64,000 nucleotides of DNA from Felis catus (taxonomy: Eukaryota), in the NCBI RefSeq assembly GCF_018350175.1, contig NC_058368.1, positions 37,512,001-37,576,000 on the forward strand, read 5' to 3'. Below the pieces are notes generated by a model. The model worked only from the letters and a program-made list of their open reading frames with translations. It was not told where the DNA came from and did not search any database. Positions 51,847-63,815 of the stretch are shown piece after piece (within the stretch, counting starts at the first letter, position 1; every line of letters begins with the position of its first letter). Position numbers and translations under genes: made by a program.

Positions 51847-52185
51847 GATCAATACATTTGACTTTAAAGAGAAGCTGAATAATAGGATAAGACAAAAGTG
51901 ATTTGGAGCCAAGGGATTGTAGTGTTTTGCCACTGCTGTTCTGGAAATGACCTGATACTAAGGGAACGAGCAAGAAGAGACTAATTGACCAGTTAAAGAT
52001 GCAAAAGGCAATGAGAGAACCTAAAGCTTACCAAGGAAACCAAGGGGATGCCATGCAAGGTGCAGAGAAAGGGGCTTGGATTGTATGAGTGGAACTGGAA
52101 TAAGGAAAATAATTTCTCTAGGGGAATCAGAGGTGTGCTGAAAGGCTATGTAAAGTAAAGTGTCATTAAGGGAGAGTGAGGGGTA

Positions 52186-52580
52186 TGACCAAGGTCTTAA
52201 AGTTTCCCTCAGCCTGACCAAGATTTAGACATATATATTTTTTGACCCTGACCTCCCTATTCTGAGATGATTTACTTTAGAAACCTTTACCTCATAAATA
52301 CTCTCCATGTCCCTTTGAGATGTAAGTTTCTTCCCAGCTTCTTGAAAGTTTTACTAGAGGAATGTCTTTTTCATGAACATGGGAGCCTTCACTTTGAAAT
52401 ATAATCATCAAGGGAGATATCACCTCTGGATATCATCCAGAGTCTGAAAGAGAACAGGAGCCTTTCACTTCATGCCAGTGAGCAAACTCGGGTGGCCCAA
52501 TCATATTGACTAATGTCCCCCCTAAGGTCCTCCAGTGTTTTTCCTTTAGCTCACCGCAGTTAAATGCACTCTCTCTCCTA
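52186..52580 (+). mobile_element. MER34/MER39-family ERV1 LTR (partial)
   Basis: 'ccctgacctccct...atttactttagaaa...ccctttgagatgtaag...gggagcc...ctttgaaatataatcatcaag'. Confidence 0.8.
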
Positions 52581-54356
52581 AAGCAACAAAGTGAGTATTG
52601 GATCTTTGAATTGTAGGAATTTCTGCCAGTGGACGGAACAATTGAGTAACATTGCTGGAAAGAAAGAAAGTTGGCCCCAGTGTAAAATCCTATGATTTTA
52701 TCTTACATCCATTTGTTATTTCCAAGGTCCTTCATGTCTCCTTAAACATGTGTTGTTTAGCTGTGCTTTGTTTTGTTTTTGATAACTATAAAATATGTTT
52801 TATGACTCAAGCCCTTTGCCTCTAACAAGTCAACTTTGCTTTTTGAAGTTTCAGTTCCTGTCCTAATCCTTTAACAGAAAGGATCATTTTGTTCAAGTTT
52901 AGCAATATCACTTGGTACTCAGTACATTGCTATCTTTCAGTCATATTTCCTCTTTTATCTGTCTAAAGTAGGAAATATTCTTGCATTTTTTACCATTGCT
53001 GGGATTTACCTAAATGTCTGCTTGATTTTTTTCTTCTTTTATAATGTTGTGGCACTTTAAGTGGACATAGATGTGTATTTTTGGGTAAACTCAATTGTCC
53101 TGATGGTAGTGTTATTGTTATTACTGTTGTTTATGTTTTGCTTCTTTGTTGTCTGTGATGTAGTAGCCAATGGAGGTGGGGAGAAATTATTTCTGAAATC
53201 TGGTGAACTGGAAGAACTCAACTTGTCACCGGATGGTATTGTTATAATAGTTCAGTGAAACTCTGTCATATTTGCTCATATGGAATAATTGGAGGGTGTG
53301 GATGAGCAGTGTGTAGTTTGGTTATAAGCCGTGGGGCTATTCTTAACAGTCTTAGTGAATTTTATAACCAAGATTGGCTTTGTTGCCGGGACAGTGACAG
53401 TTTCCTACGGGCAGGATTTGCAAGTCCAGATTTTCAAATGGAAGGCCCCACATAAGTCTAAGAAATAAACACTATCCCATAATCAGCCCACACATGCAAA
53501 TGTCACATGTGATCGAAAAGTTCAAGCACAGAAAAGTAGAACCTCTAAGCAAGGTGGAATTTTTAAACCTACAATCTTCTCAGAATAGCCAGTTTGGTCA
53601 AAATTTCTCCAGGAGCTGGGCCATTTATATAATTTTCAGGGCTCAGGGCAAAATACAAATGATGGGCTCCTTGTTAATAATGTGGGGCAAAAAGCGGCAT
53701 GAAAGGTATTGAAATGTGAAGTAAACTCTTTCTGCAATCTCTAAACTTACCATGTTGTTTTTTATTTGCCAAAAAATTCTGTTGAAAGTAAAAAAAAATA
53801 AAATTTTGCTTATTATGATGACATTTGCTATTCATTATTATATGGTACATTGCCAGTTTTAACTGCAAATACAGTAAAACCTTGGGTGGCGAGTAACTTG
53901 TTCTGTGAGTATTCCTTAAGATGAGCAAACATTTCTAATAAATTTTAACTCTATAAACGAGCGATATTTTGCAATATGAGCAGTATGTGATGCTGAAGGT
54001 CACACAACTAAGCCAGTGGTTCTTCTCTCTCTCTGCAGGATTATGGGTGATCATTTCCAATGCTTGGATGCTTGGTCTCAGTCCATGGTGTTTGGCAGAA
54101 ATTAGTGACTTTTCACAACATTGAAAGGTGCCCACAATTGGCACTAGTGTATTTTTTGTCACTTTAGAGGACCTATGGACAGTCCTTTGCTTTTCCATAC
54201 AAGAGTAAGCTTAGGAATGCTTTACTTAATTCTAGGTCAGGCTGCCTGCAGATATAGACCCTTTCCTCTGCTGCCTTATTGCCAGTTACATTAAATACAG
54301 CTTATGACAAGTTTATTAATGCTGTACTGTAGTCAACATCTGTGTGAGTGTATACA

Positions 54357-56307
54357 GTGGCCCCCACACAGAAAAGGGTTGAAAAGAAAGGTGGTAAGAA
54401 GAAGGAGATGATTACAGTGGAAGTTAAGAAGAAAACCATTGAGAAGTACAGACGAGGTATGCAAGTGGCCAAAATTGCAAGATTTTATAAGACTGCATCA
54501 ACCATCTGTACAATATTAAAGAAGAAAGAAGAAGTAAGGGGGCTAGATGCAGCAAAAGGAGTCATGAGAATATCAAAGTAATGGCCACATGTTCTGGAAG
54601 ATGTAGAAAAGTTGCTTCTGGTTTGTATAAACAAGAAGCAACTAGCAGGTGATACTGTGCCTGAGAGCTTTATCTATGAGAAGGCAAAGGCCTTGTACAC
54701 TGACCTCATAAGTAAACTGCCAGGAACATCAACAGAAAAATAGAGAAGTCTTCAAGGCAAGCAGGGGATTATTTGATAACTTTAACAAGAGAAATGGGGG
54801 CGCCTGGGTGGCGCAGTCGGTTAAGCGTCTGACTTCAGCCAGGTCACGATCTCGCGGTCCGTGAGTTCGAGCCCCGCATCGGGCTCTGGGCTGATGGCTC
54901 AGAGCCTGGAGCCTGTTTCCGATTCTGTGTCTCCCTCTCTCTCTGCCCCTCCCCCGTTCATGCTCTGTCTCTCTCTGTCCCAAAAATAAATAAACGTTGA
55001 AAAAAAAAATTAAAAAAAAAAAAACAAGAGAAATGGCTTCCATAGTGCTATGAGGCACAGAGAGGCTGCAAGTTGGGACGCTAAGGGAGCTGAGGCATTT
55101 GCTACCGCGTTCCAGAAACTCATGGTTTCTGAATCTTACCTGCTGGAGCAAGTTTTTAACTGCAATGCTTTTTTGGAAAAAGATACCAAAGAGGACCTAC
55201 ATTACTGAAGAAGAGAATGCAGTGGCTGGTCATAAGCCCATGGAAGACCTTCTACCTTCTTGTTTTGTCTTAATGCAAGTGGGGATTTCAAAGTCAAGCC
55301 CCTGCTCATGTATCATTCTGAGAACCCATGAGCCTTCAAAAAATGCAAGGTGTAGAAGAGCCAGTTAAAGTTATATGGAGGTCCAACAGCAAGGCTTGGG
55401 TCACTTGTATCTTGTTCATTAGGTGGATCAGTGAGGTCTTGGGTCCTGGGGTGAAGAAACATCTTTTAGAAAAGAATCTGTCACTCAAAGTCTTGCTGGT
55501 TACGGATAATGTTCTTGTTCATCCTCCAGGATTTGAGGATGACTTACTGGAAGAATTTGAGTTCATTAAGGTCAAGTTCCTTCCTCACAACACCACGCCA
55601 ATCCTCCAGCCCATGGATCAGCCAGTCATTTCAAACTTTAAAAAGCTTTACACCAAAGCACTATTTCAGCAATGCTTTGAGGTGACTGAAGAGAGTTTGG
55701 GAAAAATCATTTCCACATCGTGAACTGCCTCAAGATCATTGATAAAGTCTGGGATGGGGTCACCAAGAGAACCCTCAATTCTGCCTGGAGAAAACTGTGG
55801 CCTGATTACATTCTTGGACATGACTTAGAGAGGCTTGTTCCTGAATAGGAGCCTCCAGTTGCTGATGAAATTTTGTACTTGGAGAAGACCATGGGACTGG
55901 AGGTAAATGGGATGACATTCAAAAGCTGGTGGAAGAACATGGCCAGGAGCTGACCACCCATGAACTGACGGATCTGCACTGTGAGCAACACAAAGGTTAT
56001 GGAGGAAATCTCGTCTGCAGAGAAGGAGGAGAAAAAGGCGGACATTAGGGAGATGGGTAAAATGTGGGAAACAGTGCAACATTTTGTAGAAAAGCACTAC
56101 ACAAATAAGGCTGTAGCAGTGCGATGAATCTATTTAACGACAGGGCAATGTCACATTTTTGCAAAATCCTCAAAAGGAGGCAAAAGCAAGTGTCATTGGA
56201 TAGATTCCTTGTTAAAGTTGCACAAAAAGAAAAAGATTCCACTGAACCTATAGATAGCAGTGATTCCATTAGTGGTTAGTGATAGTGAAAGTCATCCTAC
56301 ACAGTAA
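54357..56307 (+). pseudogene. Tigger transposase pseudogene (CENP-B-type HTH and DDD domain)
   Basis: KKKEMITVEVKKKTIEKY..GMQVAKIARFY..STICTILKKKE; FWKKIPKRTYIT; WRSNSKAWVT; LLVTDN..HP...FLPHNTTPILQPMDQ. Multiple stops, frameshifts and a SINE insertion. Confidence 0.95.
54797..55022 (+). mobile_element. Very young felid Can-SINE inside the transposase
   Basis: Perfect TSD aacaagagaaatg at 54784-54796 and 55023-55035. Confidence 0.98.
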
Positions 56308-56672
56308 CCCTCCTCTCTCTTATCTCCCTCACACCAGCCATGAGAGTTTTCAAAGTTAAGTACAGGTTAATTTCTTTATTTGTCTTTGTATTTTCTTTAT
56401 GATTTTATATTATATTACAGTATTATAATCATTTTATATGAATATTTTTTAGTTGTGGAACGAATCATCTGAGTTTTCATTATTTCTTATGGGGAAATTT
56501 GCTTTGATATGCAAGTGCTTTGGATTACAAGCATGTTTCCAGAATGAACTATGCTCACAAACCAAGGTTTTACTGTGTATGGGCATTTAACTTGCATGTA
56601 GAATTGCTGAAGTTATGCAATTTTATTTTATAGTTACCAAACAGTGGAAATGCTACACGAAAACTAACTCAA

Positions 56673-56889
56673 GGGGGCACCTGGGTGGCTCAGTTGGTTA
56701 AGCCTCCAACTTCGGCTCAGGTTATAATCTCTCGGTTTTTGAGTTCGAGCCCTGTGTCAGGCTCTGTGCTGACAGCTCAGAGCCTGGAGCCTGCTTCAGA
56801 TTCTGTGTCTCTTCTCTACACCCCTCCCCGACTTGTGCTCTGTCTCTCTCTGTCTCTCAAAAATAAATCAATGTAAAAAAATTTTTTTT
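56673..56889 (+). mobile_element. Can-SINE
   Basis: TSD aactaactca at 56662-56671 and 56890-56899. Confidence 0.95.
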
Positions 56890-57471
56890 AACTAACTCAG
56901 CTGTCTTTCACTTTTTGATATGCCCATATACCACCAACACTTTACCTTCAGCTTACTGATGAATGTGGAAAGACTTAAAGAAAAGGCTTGCCTTATCTTT
57001 TCTATTCCTTCTGCGTCGTCAATGTCAGTGTAAGTTGTTCACTGATACAAGGAAATAACATGAGTAAGAGAGTTTGTGATACAGTTTCTTGGTCATTCAT
57101 GTGTCTGAGAACACAATCAATCCAATCCTTTTATCTCTTCACATTATTACTGTATGCTGGTGTGACGGTCTTTTACCAACTGCCCATGGTCCTTATTCTA
57201 GAAGGCTCTTTGGTGCCCTGCATCCTGGCCTGCATGTTCTTACTTAGCCTAGATCCTTCCTGTTCTCCAGGTCATTACTCCATTATCACCTACCCTGAGA
57301 GGCACCTACATAAAGGAACTTGCTGCACCTCTATTATCTTTATTTTTACTACATCTGTATAATTGTTCAACCCTCACCACAATCCAGTGGGAGAATTTCT
57401 CTGGTGATCATTTGCAGTTAATCCATTCTCACACTCATCCCTCAGCCTTACACCACCATCTGTCTTCTCTC

Positions 57472-57507
57472 TTTTTTTTTAAATATTTTTAAAGTTTATT
57501 TATTTAT

Positions 57508-57550
<43 letters not shown>

Positions 57551-57704
57551 AGAACTCAGGGGAAGGACAGAGAGAATGGGAGAGAGAGCAAATCCCAAGC
57601 AGGATTCACACTGACATGGGGCCCAAACCCACAAACTGTGAGATCATGACCTGAGCTGAAATTAAGAATCAGACACTTCACCGTATGAGCCACCCAGGTG
57701 CCCC
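57472..57704 (-). mobile_element. Can-SINE
   Basis: Antisense head 'gagccacccaggtgcccc'; (GA)n linker. Confidence 0.93.
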
Positions 57705-58780
57705 TATCTGCTTTCTTTCTCTGTCAATTTGCTTTTCTTAAACAGTTTATAGAATTAGAATCCAACATGGTGGAGTCTTTTGCATATGCTTTTCTTAGTA
57801 TGATTTTGAGGCTCACCTATGTTGCCCCATCAATGTTTTTTTTTCCTTTTTATTACTGAATAGTATCCCAATATTTGGATATATCACATTTATTCATCAT
57901 TTGATGGCATTTTTTTCACTTTTTCGGTATAATTAATAATACTTCTCCAAATACTGTGCACATGCCTTGTGCGAACATGGTTTCATTTGCTCTTGAGTAA
58001 ATTCTTAGTGGTAGGACTATTGTGTCAAGGGGTGATTTTACATTAAACTTTTTGAGAAATTGCCAAACTGTTTTCCAAAATGTACCATCTTACATTCTCA
58101 CCAGCAATATATGATAGTCCCAAGTTCTCTACATCTTTGCCAAAGCATGTTACTGTCTCTCTCTCTAAGAGCCTTCTAGTGGGTATATAGTGGTATCTCC
58201 TAGGGGACTTAGTTCATATTTCCCTGATAAATAGTGTTGTTGAACATCTTTTAGTGTGCTTTTTAGCTATCCATGTATCTTCTTTGGTTAAATGTCTTTT
58301 CAATTCTTTGCACATTTTCAAATTGGGATGTTTATTTTCATTTTATTATCATATTATAGAGTTCTTTAAACATTCTGTTAAAGTCCTTTTACCAGATATA
58401 TGATGTGCAAAAGGTCTTTCCACTGTGGCTTGTCTTTTCATTTTTTTAATAGGGGCTTTTGAAACATAGTATTTTTTTTTATTTTGATAAAACTCAAATA
58501 AATCATGTTTTTTCTTTTATGGAACATACTTTTGATGTCATATTTAACTTTTTAGACTAATCCGAGGTCCCCCAAATTTTCTTTTGTATTTTCTTCAGGT
58601 TCTAGGGATGTGGTCCATTGTTTACATATGGTGTGAGGTAAGCGTCTAAATCTATTCTCTTTAATATGTCCAAGCACAATTTGCTGAAAAGATTATATTC
58701 TGTATTAAATTGTTTTGGTACACTTATTGAAAATGAATGTTAGGGATTATTTCTGGACTGTCAATTTTATTATATTGATC

Positions 58781-58999
58781 TTTTCCCTTTTTTAATTTTA
58801 TGTCTTTAATGTTTATTTTTGAGAGAAGAGAGACAGCACAAGTAGGGGAGGGGCAGAGAGAGAGGAAGATAGAGAATCCACAGCTCAGAATCCTGAGCTG
58901 TCAGCACAGAGTCCAAAGTGGGTCTCGAACTGGTGAACCGCGAGATCATGACCTGAGCCAAATTTGGACTCTCAATTGACTGAGCCACTCAGGTGCCCC
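58781..58999 (-). mobile_element. Can-SINE
   Basis: Antisense head 'gactgagccactcaggtgcccc'; flanks tgatct. Confidence 0.93.
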
Positions 59000-60689
59000 T
59001 GATCTCATACATATCGTTATGCCAGTATCACATTGTGTCTTAATTCCTGTAGTTTTGTAGTCAGTTTGGAAATCAAAAAGTTTAAGTCCTCTAACTTTTT
59101 TTCTTATTTTACAAGCTTATTTTTGCTGTTCTAATATTTCAGATGTCTGTATAAATATTATCGTCAATTTGGCAATTTTAAAAAAGAATCTGCTGTCTAT
59201 TTGAAGGGAAAACAATAAATTAATAAATTTGAGAATTACCATCTTGACAATACTGTGTCTTCCAATTCATGAATGAGCACAAAACATTTCTCTACTTATT
59301 AGAGAGGTTTTTTTTTATTTTATTCAGCAGTATTTTGTAGTTCTGAGTATGACATGCAATTCTTTTGTTAAACTTATGCCTAAGCTTATTTTTTTTCTTT
59401 TTGAAGCTACTGTGAATGCAATTGCTTTCTTCGATTTCTTTTTTGGTTTCTTTGTTACTAAGGTATAAAAAATATAATTGATATGAGTTTGAGTCCTGAG
59501 ACCTTACTAAACTTGTTTATTAGTTCAGATAGTTCTTTTCTGGATTCCTTGATGACTTTTTCTACATGTATTTTCATGTCATCTGTGAATATAGACAGTT
59601 TTGCTTCTTTTATCTTCATCTATCTATTCATTTATTTACTTCTGCCTAATTGTACAGGGTAAAGTCTCCAAGGCAATGTTGAATAGAAGTGAAGAAAGTA
59701 GACATCCATGCCTTGTTTTCAGTCTAAAGAGGAAAACATTTGGTTTTTCACCTTTGCATATATCATAAGCTGTGAGGTTTTTGTAAATGCCCTTTATCAG
59801 ACTGAGGAAATTACCTTTTTTTCCTGGTTTGCTGAATATTTTTTAAATCATGAATGGATGTTGGTCTTTGTCAATGTATTTTTTTTCTCTGCATTTATTG
59901 AGATTACAACGTGCTTTGGTTTCTGAACCTTTTCAATTAGTATGGTTATTGTATTTATTGATTCTCTGATTGTTAAGCAACAGTGTATTCCTTGGATAAA
60001 TTCCACTTGCTGCTGGTGTATAATCATTTTTTATATGATGGTGGATTTCATTTGTAACTATTATATTAATACTTATGTTTCAATGTTAATGGGGAATACT
60101 GATCTTAAGCTGTATTTTCTTGTTTGTCTATGTCTGGATTTGTATCAAGGTAATAGTAGCCACATATAATGATATGGGAAATGTTTTTTCCTTTATTTTC
60201 TGAAAGAGTTTGTGAAGGGATGTTATTACCTCTTTTCTTAAAAACTTGAAATAATTCGTATGTGAAGCCCTCTGGGAATTTTCCCTGAACCTGGCCTCAT
60301 TGCATTTTATGTCCCAACTCTTTGAGCTCTTCCAGATAAGTTTCCTCAAACTTTAAGGACTTTCCTTGTCCAATTATATTTGCCTTTCAAGTCTCAGCTT
60401 AAAAGTCATGCTATTGCAAACACAGAATTTAGCACATTTTGCAGTATCACAGAATTGTTTTTCCTATTTTCTAATGCTGCTGTGAATGTGTGTGTATGTA
60501 TACTATTTAATTTCATATATTTTTTGATAGTTTCAAGAAATTTGAAAAATTGTAGAGGGAAATGTTTTGGTCATATTACATTTCAACAGTTAGAAACTCT
60601 CATTTTATTCCTCCCCAAACCATAGCTTATTGTGATTTAATATTTTCTTAACTTATTTAGAATTCCTTCCTATGCGTATAAGTCACATT

Positions 60690-61720
60690 AGCCTTGTGGG
60701 AGCTCACTAGCTACGTCTTCCAGCAGAACACCAACAAACAACAGACATTGTGGGAAAATATGGGACATCTTAGTAAGAGGATGTTAATGGGCGCTTATTG
60801 TAGGATTTGTGGTTGTGTGAGGTACATTGTGAGAGGGTTCAGTGAACCAGGTTACCTTTCAAGATTGAATGCTGATAGGAACTACTGGTAGTTCTGTTGA
60901 GTAATGTCTAAAAAGTACAACACCAACTGGAGTCAAACATGCAAGAAAGATTATTGCAGGAGGGGTTCAGGCTTTTGTAGTTAAGGGCAAAGCCTGAACT
61001 CAACGCTACTGACACAAAAGGCAGAAGAATTTTTAAATGCTGGGTGGTCTAATAGAAAAGTACTAGTCGGCATTAGGCAGGTGATTGGTCAAGGTGATTA
61101 GGTTATCTATGTTTGTTAATCAATGCTTATTCAGGAAGTTAGGCTCCTGCCCTACCACTGACCAGGAAATAGGGGAGCTATCTTTCTTGATGATTATATT
61201 TGAACAAGATGGCCCCCAGGCCCTTGAGAAAGACATTCTTGGGTTATAAAACTGGCAACAGACTGGGAGAAGATTTACATCTCAAAGGAGCAGAGAAAGA
61301 CTTTACAATTAAAAGTTTTCTAAAGTAAATCCTCTGAGAAAAGTGAGGTCAGGGGTGTATTGTCAGGAAGAAAGCAACCAAAGTTAAGTCTTGTTGAGGA
61401 GAACATTAAGGCCCTCTTGGTTAGTACCTTGATAATTGTTTTCTAGGAGGATGGAACAACAGAGCAAGGCTAAAAGTGTAATTGAAAATGGAGTAGCAGT
61501 CACTTGTGGTGGCCTGGAAAGGGGGCCATTTCGTCTTTCTTGTTGCTTGGGCAATTGGTTATTTGTGCTCAGAAGTGATTACAGAGAGATTTTTGTTTCT
61601 CTCTTTCTTTCCATCAATATCAGAGTAATTTCATCTGGATTCTGTGAGTTTGTGAAATTATTTATGTTCAGCAGAACACCATAGTCTAACAGTTAATGCT
61701 ATGTCAACTATGAGTTGACA
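60690..61720 (-). mobile_element. Old ERV1-type LTR (MER89/MER110-like) split by a MER34-family LTR
   Basis: 'ggctaaaagtgtaattgaaaatggagtagcagtcact...gtgattacagag...tgtgaaattatttatgttcagcag'. Confidence 0.5.
60895..61424 (-). mobile_element. MER34/MER39-family ERV1 LTR
   Basis: 'gaagttaggctcctgccc...ttcttgatgattatatttgaa...cttgagaaagacattc...gggagaagatttacatctcaaagg' is the reverse complement of the motifs at 52186-52580. Confidence 0.85.
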
Positions 61721-62549
61721 GCTGTCAGGGTGGTTTATTGCTGTCTGTACCTTGATATTTTTGTGTTTATTTTTATTTTTGGAAGGAAGAGAGGCATGTT
61801 TTTACAGAAAGGTGAAAAGAATGGTTTTCTTTTTTTTCTATATTTTGTATAGATTATCTGTCAGCTGAAGGTGTTTTTAATCTCTGCTATTAAAACCAAA
61901 TAGGACTAAGGTTTGATGAATCTCCCCTTTAAAAATTATATGGTTTAGAGTGAACTGATTGACAGTTTTTCTTTTACTTTTTATTTCTATCCTTAATATT
62001 TTCTCATTCTCATGCTGATTTCCTTGAATTGCTTTTGTAATTTAACATTATCATCAACAGTGAACATTTTCCTGGGAAACAGAGTAGTACGATAATTGGA
62101 GAAAAAAAAAAAACGCTTGACACAGTTATAATTCTTTAATCTTTTCAAATGATGTGATAATATGTTTTCCTCTCCTTTTTATTTAATTATGCTAGTCACA
62201 TATACTTTTTAATAAATAAACTTAACCCTCCATAGGAAATTTCTTAATATTTTTTATCATTCTATCATTTCAGGAATTGAGGGACACAACTCAATGACCA
62301 CATAGAGTCATTTTCTATAAAATATTAAGATAGTACTATCTTGTTAAGGAAAAAGTAGGTATATACTACATATATTTTGGTTAATTTGAATATATGATGT
62401 GTGTCAGATAATGGCTCTTGCAATCAACATATTTATACACTTAAGTCTAATAAACATTTCTGTCCTAACTAGGATTCCTGAAACTCTGATTATAAATCCT
62501 AAAGTTTATCACTTCCCTTAGCAGTAATAATGATATAAGTGAATATAAA

Positions 62550-63800
62550 ATCAGTCCTCACCTCTCATTTCCTTAGGTATGTCCCCACCTTCTCATGGCT
62601 TTAAAATCAATCTATCTAGGGGCGCCTGGGTGGCGCAGTCGGTTAAGCGTCCGACTTCAGCCAGGTCACGATCTCGCGGTCCGTGAGTTCGAGCCCCGCA
62701 TTGGGCTCTGGGCTGATGGCTCAGAGCCTGGAGCCTGTTTCCGATTCTGTGTCTCCCTCTCTCTCTGCCCCTCCCCTGTTCATGCTCTGTCTCTCTCTGT
62801 CCCAAAAATAAATAAACGTTGGAAAAAAAAAAATTAAAAAAAAATTAAAAAATAAATAAATAAATAAAATCGATCTATCTAAATGTATATCTACAGTCAG
62901 TCAACTCTCCTTAATTCCAGACCATGCATACAATAGTTTCTCAATACCTCCCTTTGCACATCTGATAAACATCTCAAACTTAATATGCCTATTAGTGTAA
63001 TAGATGCCTGATTTTCATTACCCCCAATCTTCAACTCCTCTAGATTTCTCTAAGTTAATAGCAAGTTCCACTCTTCCAGTCATTCAGGCAAAAACTTGGA
63101 TAATCCTTGATACCATCTTTTAATCCCATTATCTTGCTAATTAGTCATCACATCCAAATGAGTCTATCTTCAAATTACATCCAGAATTTAACCAAAGTTC
63201 ACTGCTACCACTGTGCTCACGGCACAATCATCTCTTTTCCTTGACCAGGAAAGCCTCCCGGTGGTCCAGCTGGAGGTACTCTGACAATGCAGCAGCCAGG
63301 ATAGGCTACCTCTTACTGGCCTCACATAATCTGGAGCTGGAACATTACCTCTCTATGTCATCTTCCATTTTGCTTTCTCCCACTCATTCTGACCTGGCCC
63401 TTCTGTTTTTCTTGCTGCAATTATACACCTGGCTCAAGATCTTTGTCCATCCCGCTCTTCCTGCCCAGATTTTTCCTCCAGATACCTTAAAGTCTTGCTC
63501 CTTCACCTCATTTAATTCTTTGCTAAATGTTACCTTCTCAGTGACATCTTCCCTGGAAACTTTAAAGTTCAATCCTTTCCCAGACCCTGGATTCTCCATC
63601 AATTTTCCTTGCTTTTATTTCTCTCCAAAGTATTTATCACCTTCTAACATTCTGTAAAATCTAAGAATTTGTTTAGTCTTTCTCTTTCCACTAGAATTAA
63701 GTTGTATGAGGGGAGAAGTTTTGCCTTTTTTTTTTTTTTTTGTATGGCTTAATCACTGTCCCAACAATAGAGCTGGGTGCATTCCTTGTGCATGTGGATA
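62550..63800 (+). mobile_element. LINE2 fragment with 3' end
   Basis: 'acatctcaaacttaatatg', 'caggcaaaaacttgga', 'ctatcttcaaattacatccagaat', 'aatgttaccttctcagtga', 'ccactagaattaagttgtatgaggg'. Confidence 0.85.
62619..62864 (+). mobile_element. Very young felid Can-SINE
   Basis: TSD taaaatc(a/g)atctatcta at 62602-62618 and 62865-62881; long A tail. Confidence 0.98.
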
Positions 63801-63815
63801 CATAAAAGGGGTTGT

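Larger units (their letters stand above)
50350..52185 (-). mobile_element. LINE2 fragment hosting two SINEs
   Basis: Purine-rich antisense L2 ('tgttaagttcagtttggga', 'tgagtgaatgggtaggaa', 'gtgcagagaaaggggcttgga'). Confidence 0.7.
53872..56575 (+). mobile_element. Near full-length pogo/Tigger DNA transposon (~2.46 kb without its SINE)
   Basis: TIR cagtaaaaccttgg (53872-53885) is the exact reverse complement of ccaaggttttactg (56562-56575); TA at 53870-53871, right flank reads TG; internal transposase. Confidence 0.95.
53616..57130 (-). mobile_element. MER45B-like (hAT-Tip100) non-autonomous transposon split by the Tigger and a SINE
   Basis: Left end 'ctgggccatttatataattttcagggctcagggcaaaatacaaatgatgggctccttgtt'; resumes at ~56578 'tgggcatttaact...aacagtggaaatgctacacgaaaactaactca'. 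Confidence 0.75.
57340..60280 (-). mobile_element. L1MB-like fragment (3'UTR and ORF2) hosting two SINEs
   Basis: 'aaattgccaaactgttttccaaaa', 'atgttgaatagaagtgaagaaagtagacatccatgccttg'; ORF 60128-60349 SLHKLFQKIKEKTFPISLYVATITLI is ORF2-like. Confidence 0.88.

Noticed and set aside
53061..53258. Hydrophobic GT-rich ORF as an ND6 NUMT or viral fragment
   Set aside because: No ND6 motifs, no flanking mitochondrial genes or tRNAs, and no recognisable viral motif.
54348..56307. Domesticated TIGD/CENP-B-like host gene
   Set aside because: TIRs are retained, the ORF is broken by stops, frameshifts and a SINE, and the first catalytic Asp is lost. This is a dead transposon copy.
45946..62837. Recurrent ORFs 'GAPGWRSRLSVRLQPGHDL...' and 'GQRETEHERGRGRERGRHRIG...' suggesting a gene family
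   Set aside because: They are translations of young Can-SINEs.
63241..63657. 138-aa ORF
   Set aside because: Lies wholly within an L2 fragment, starts at TTG and has no recognisable domain.
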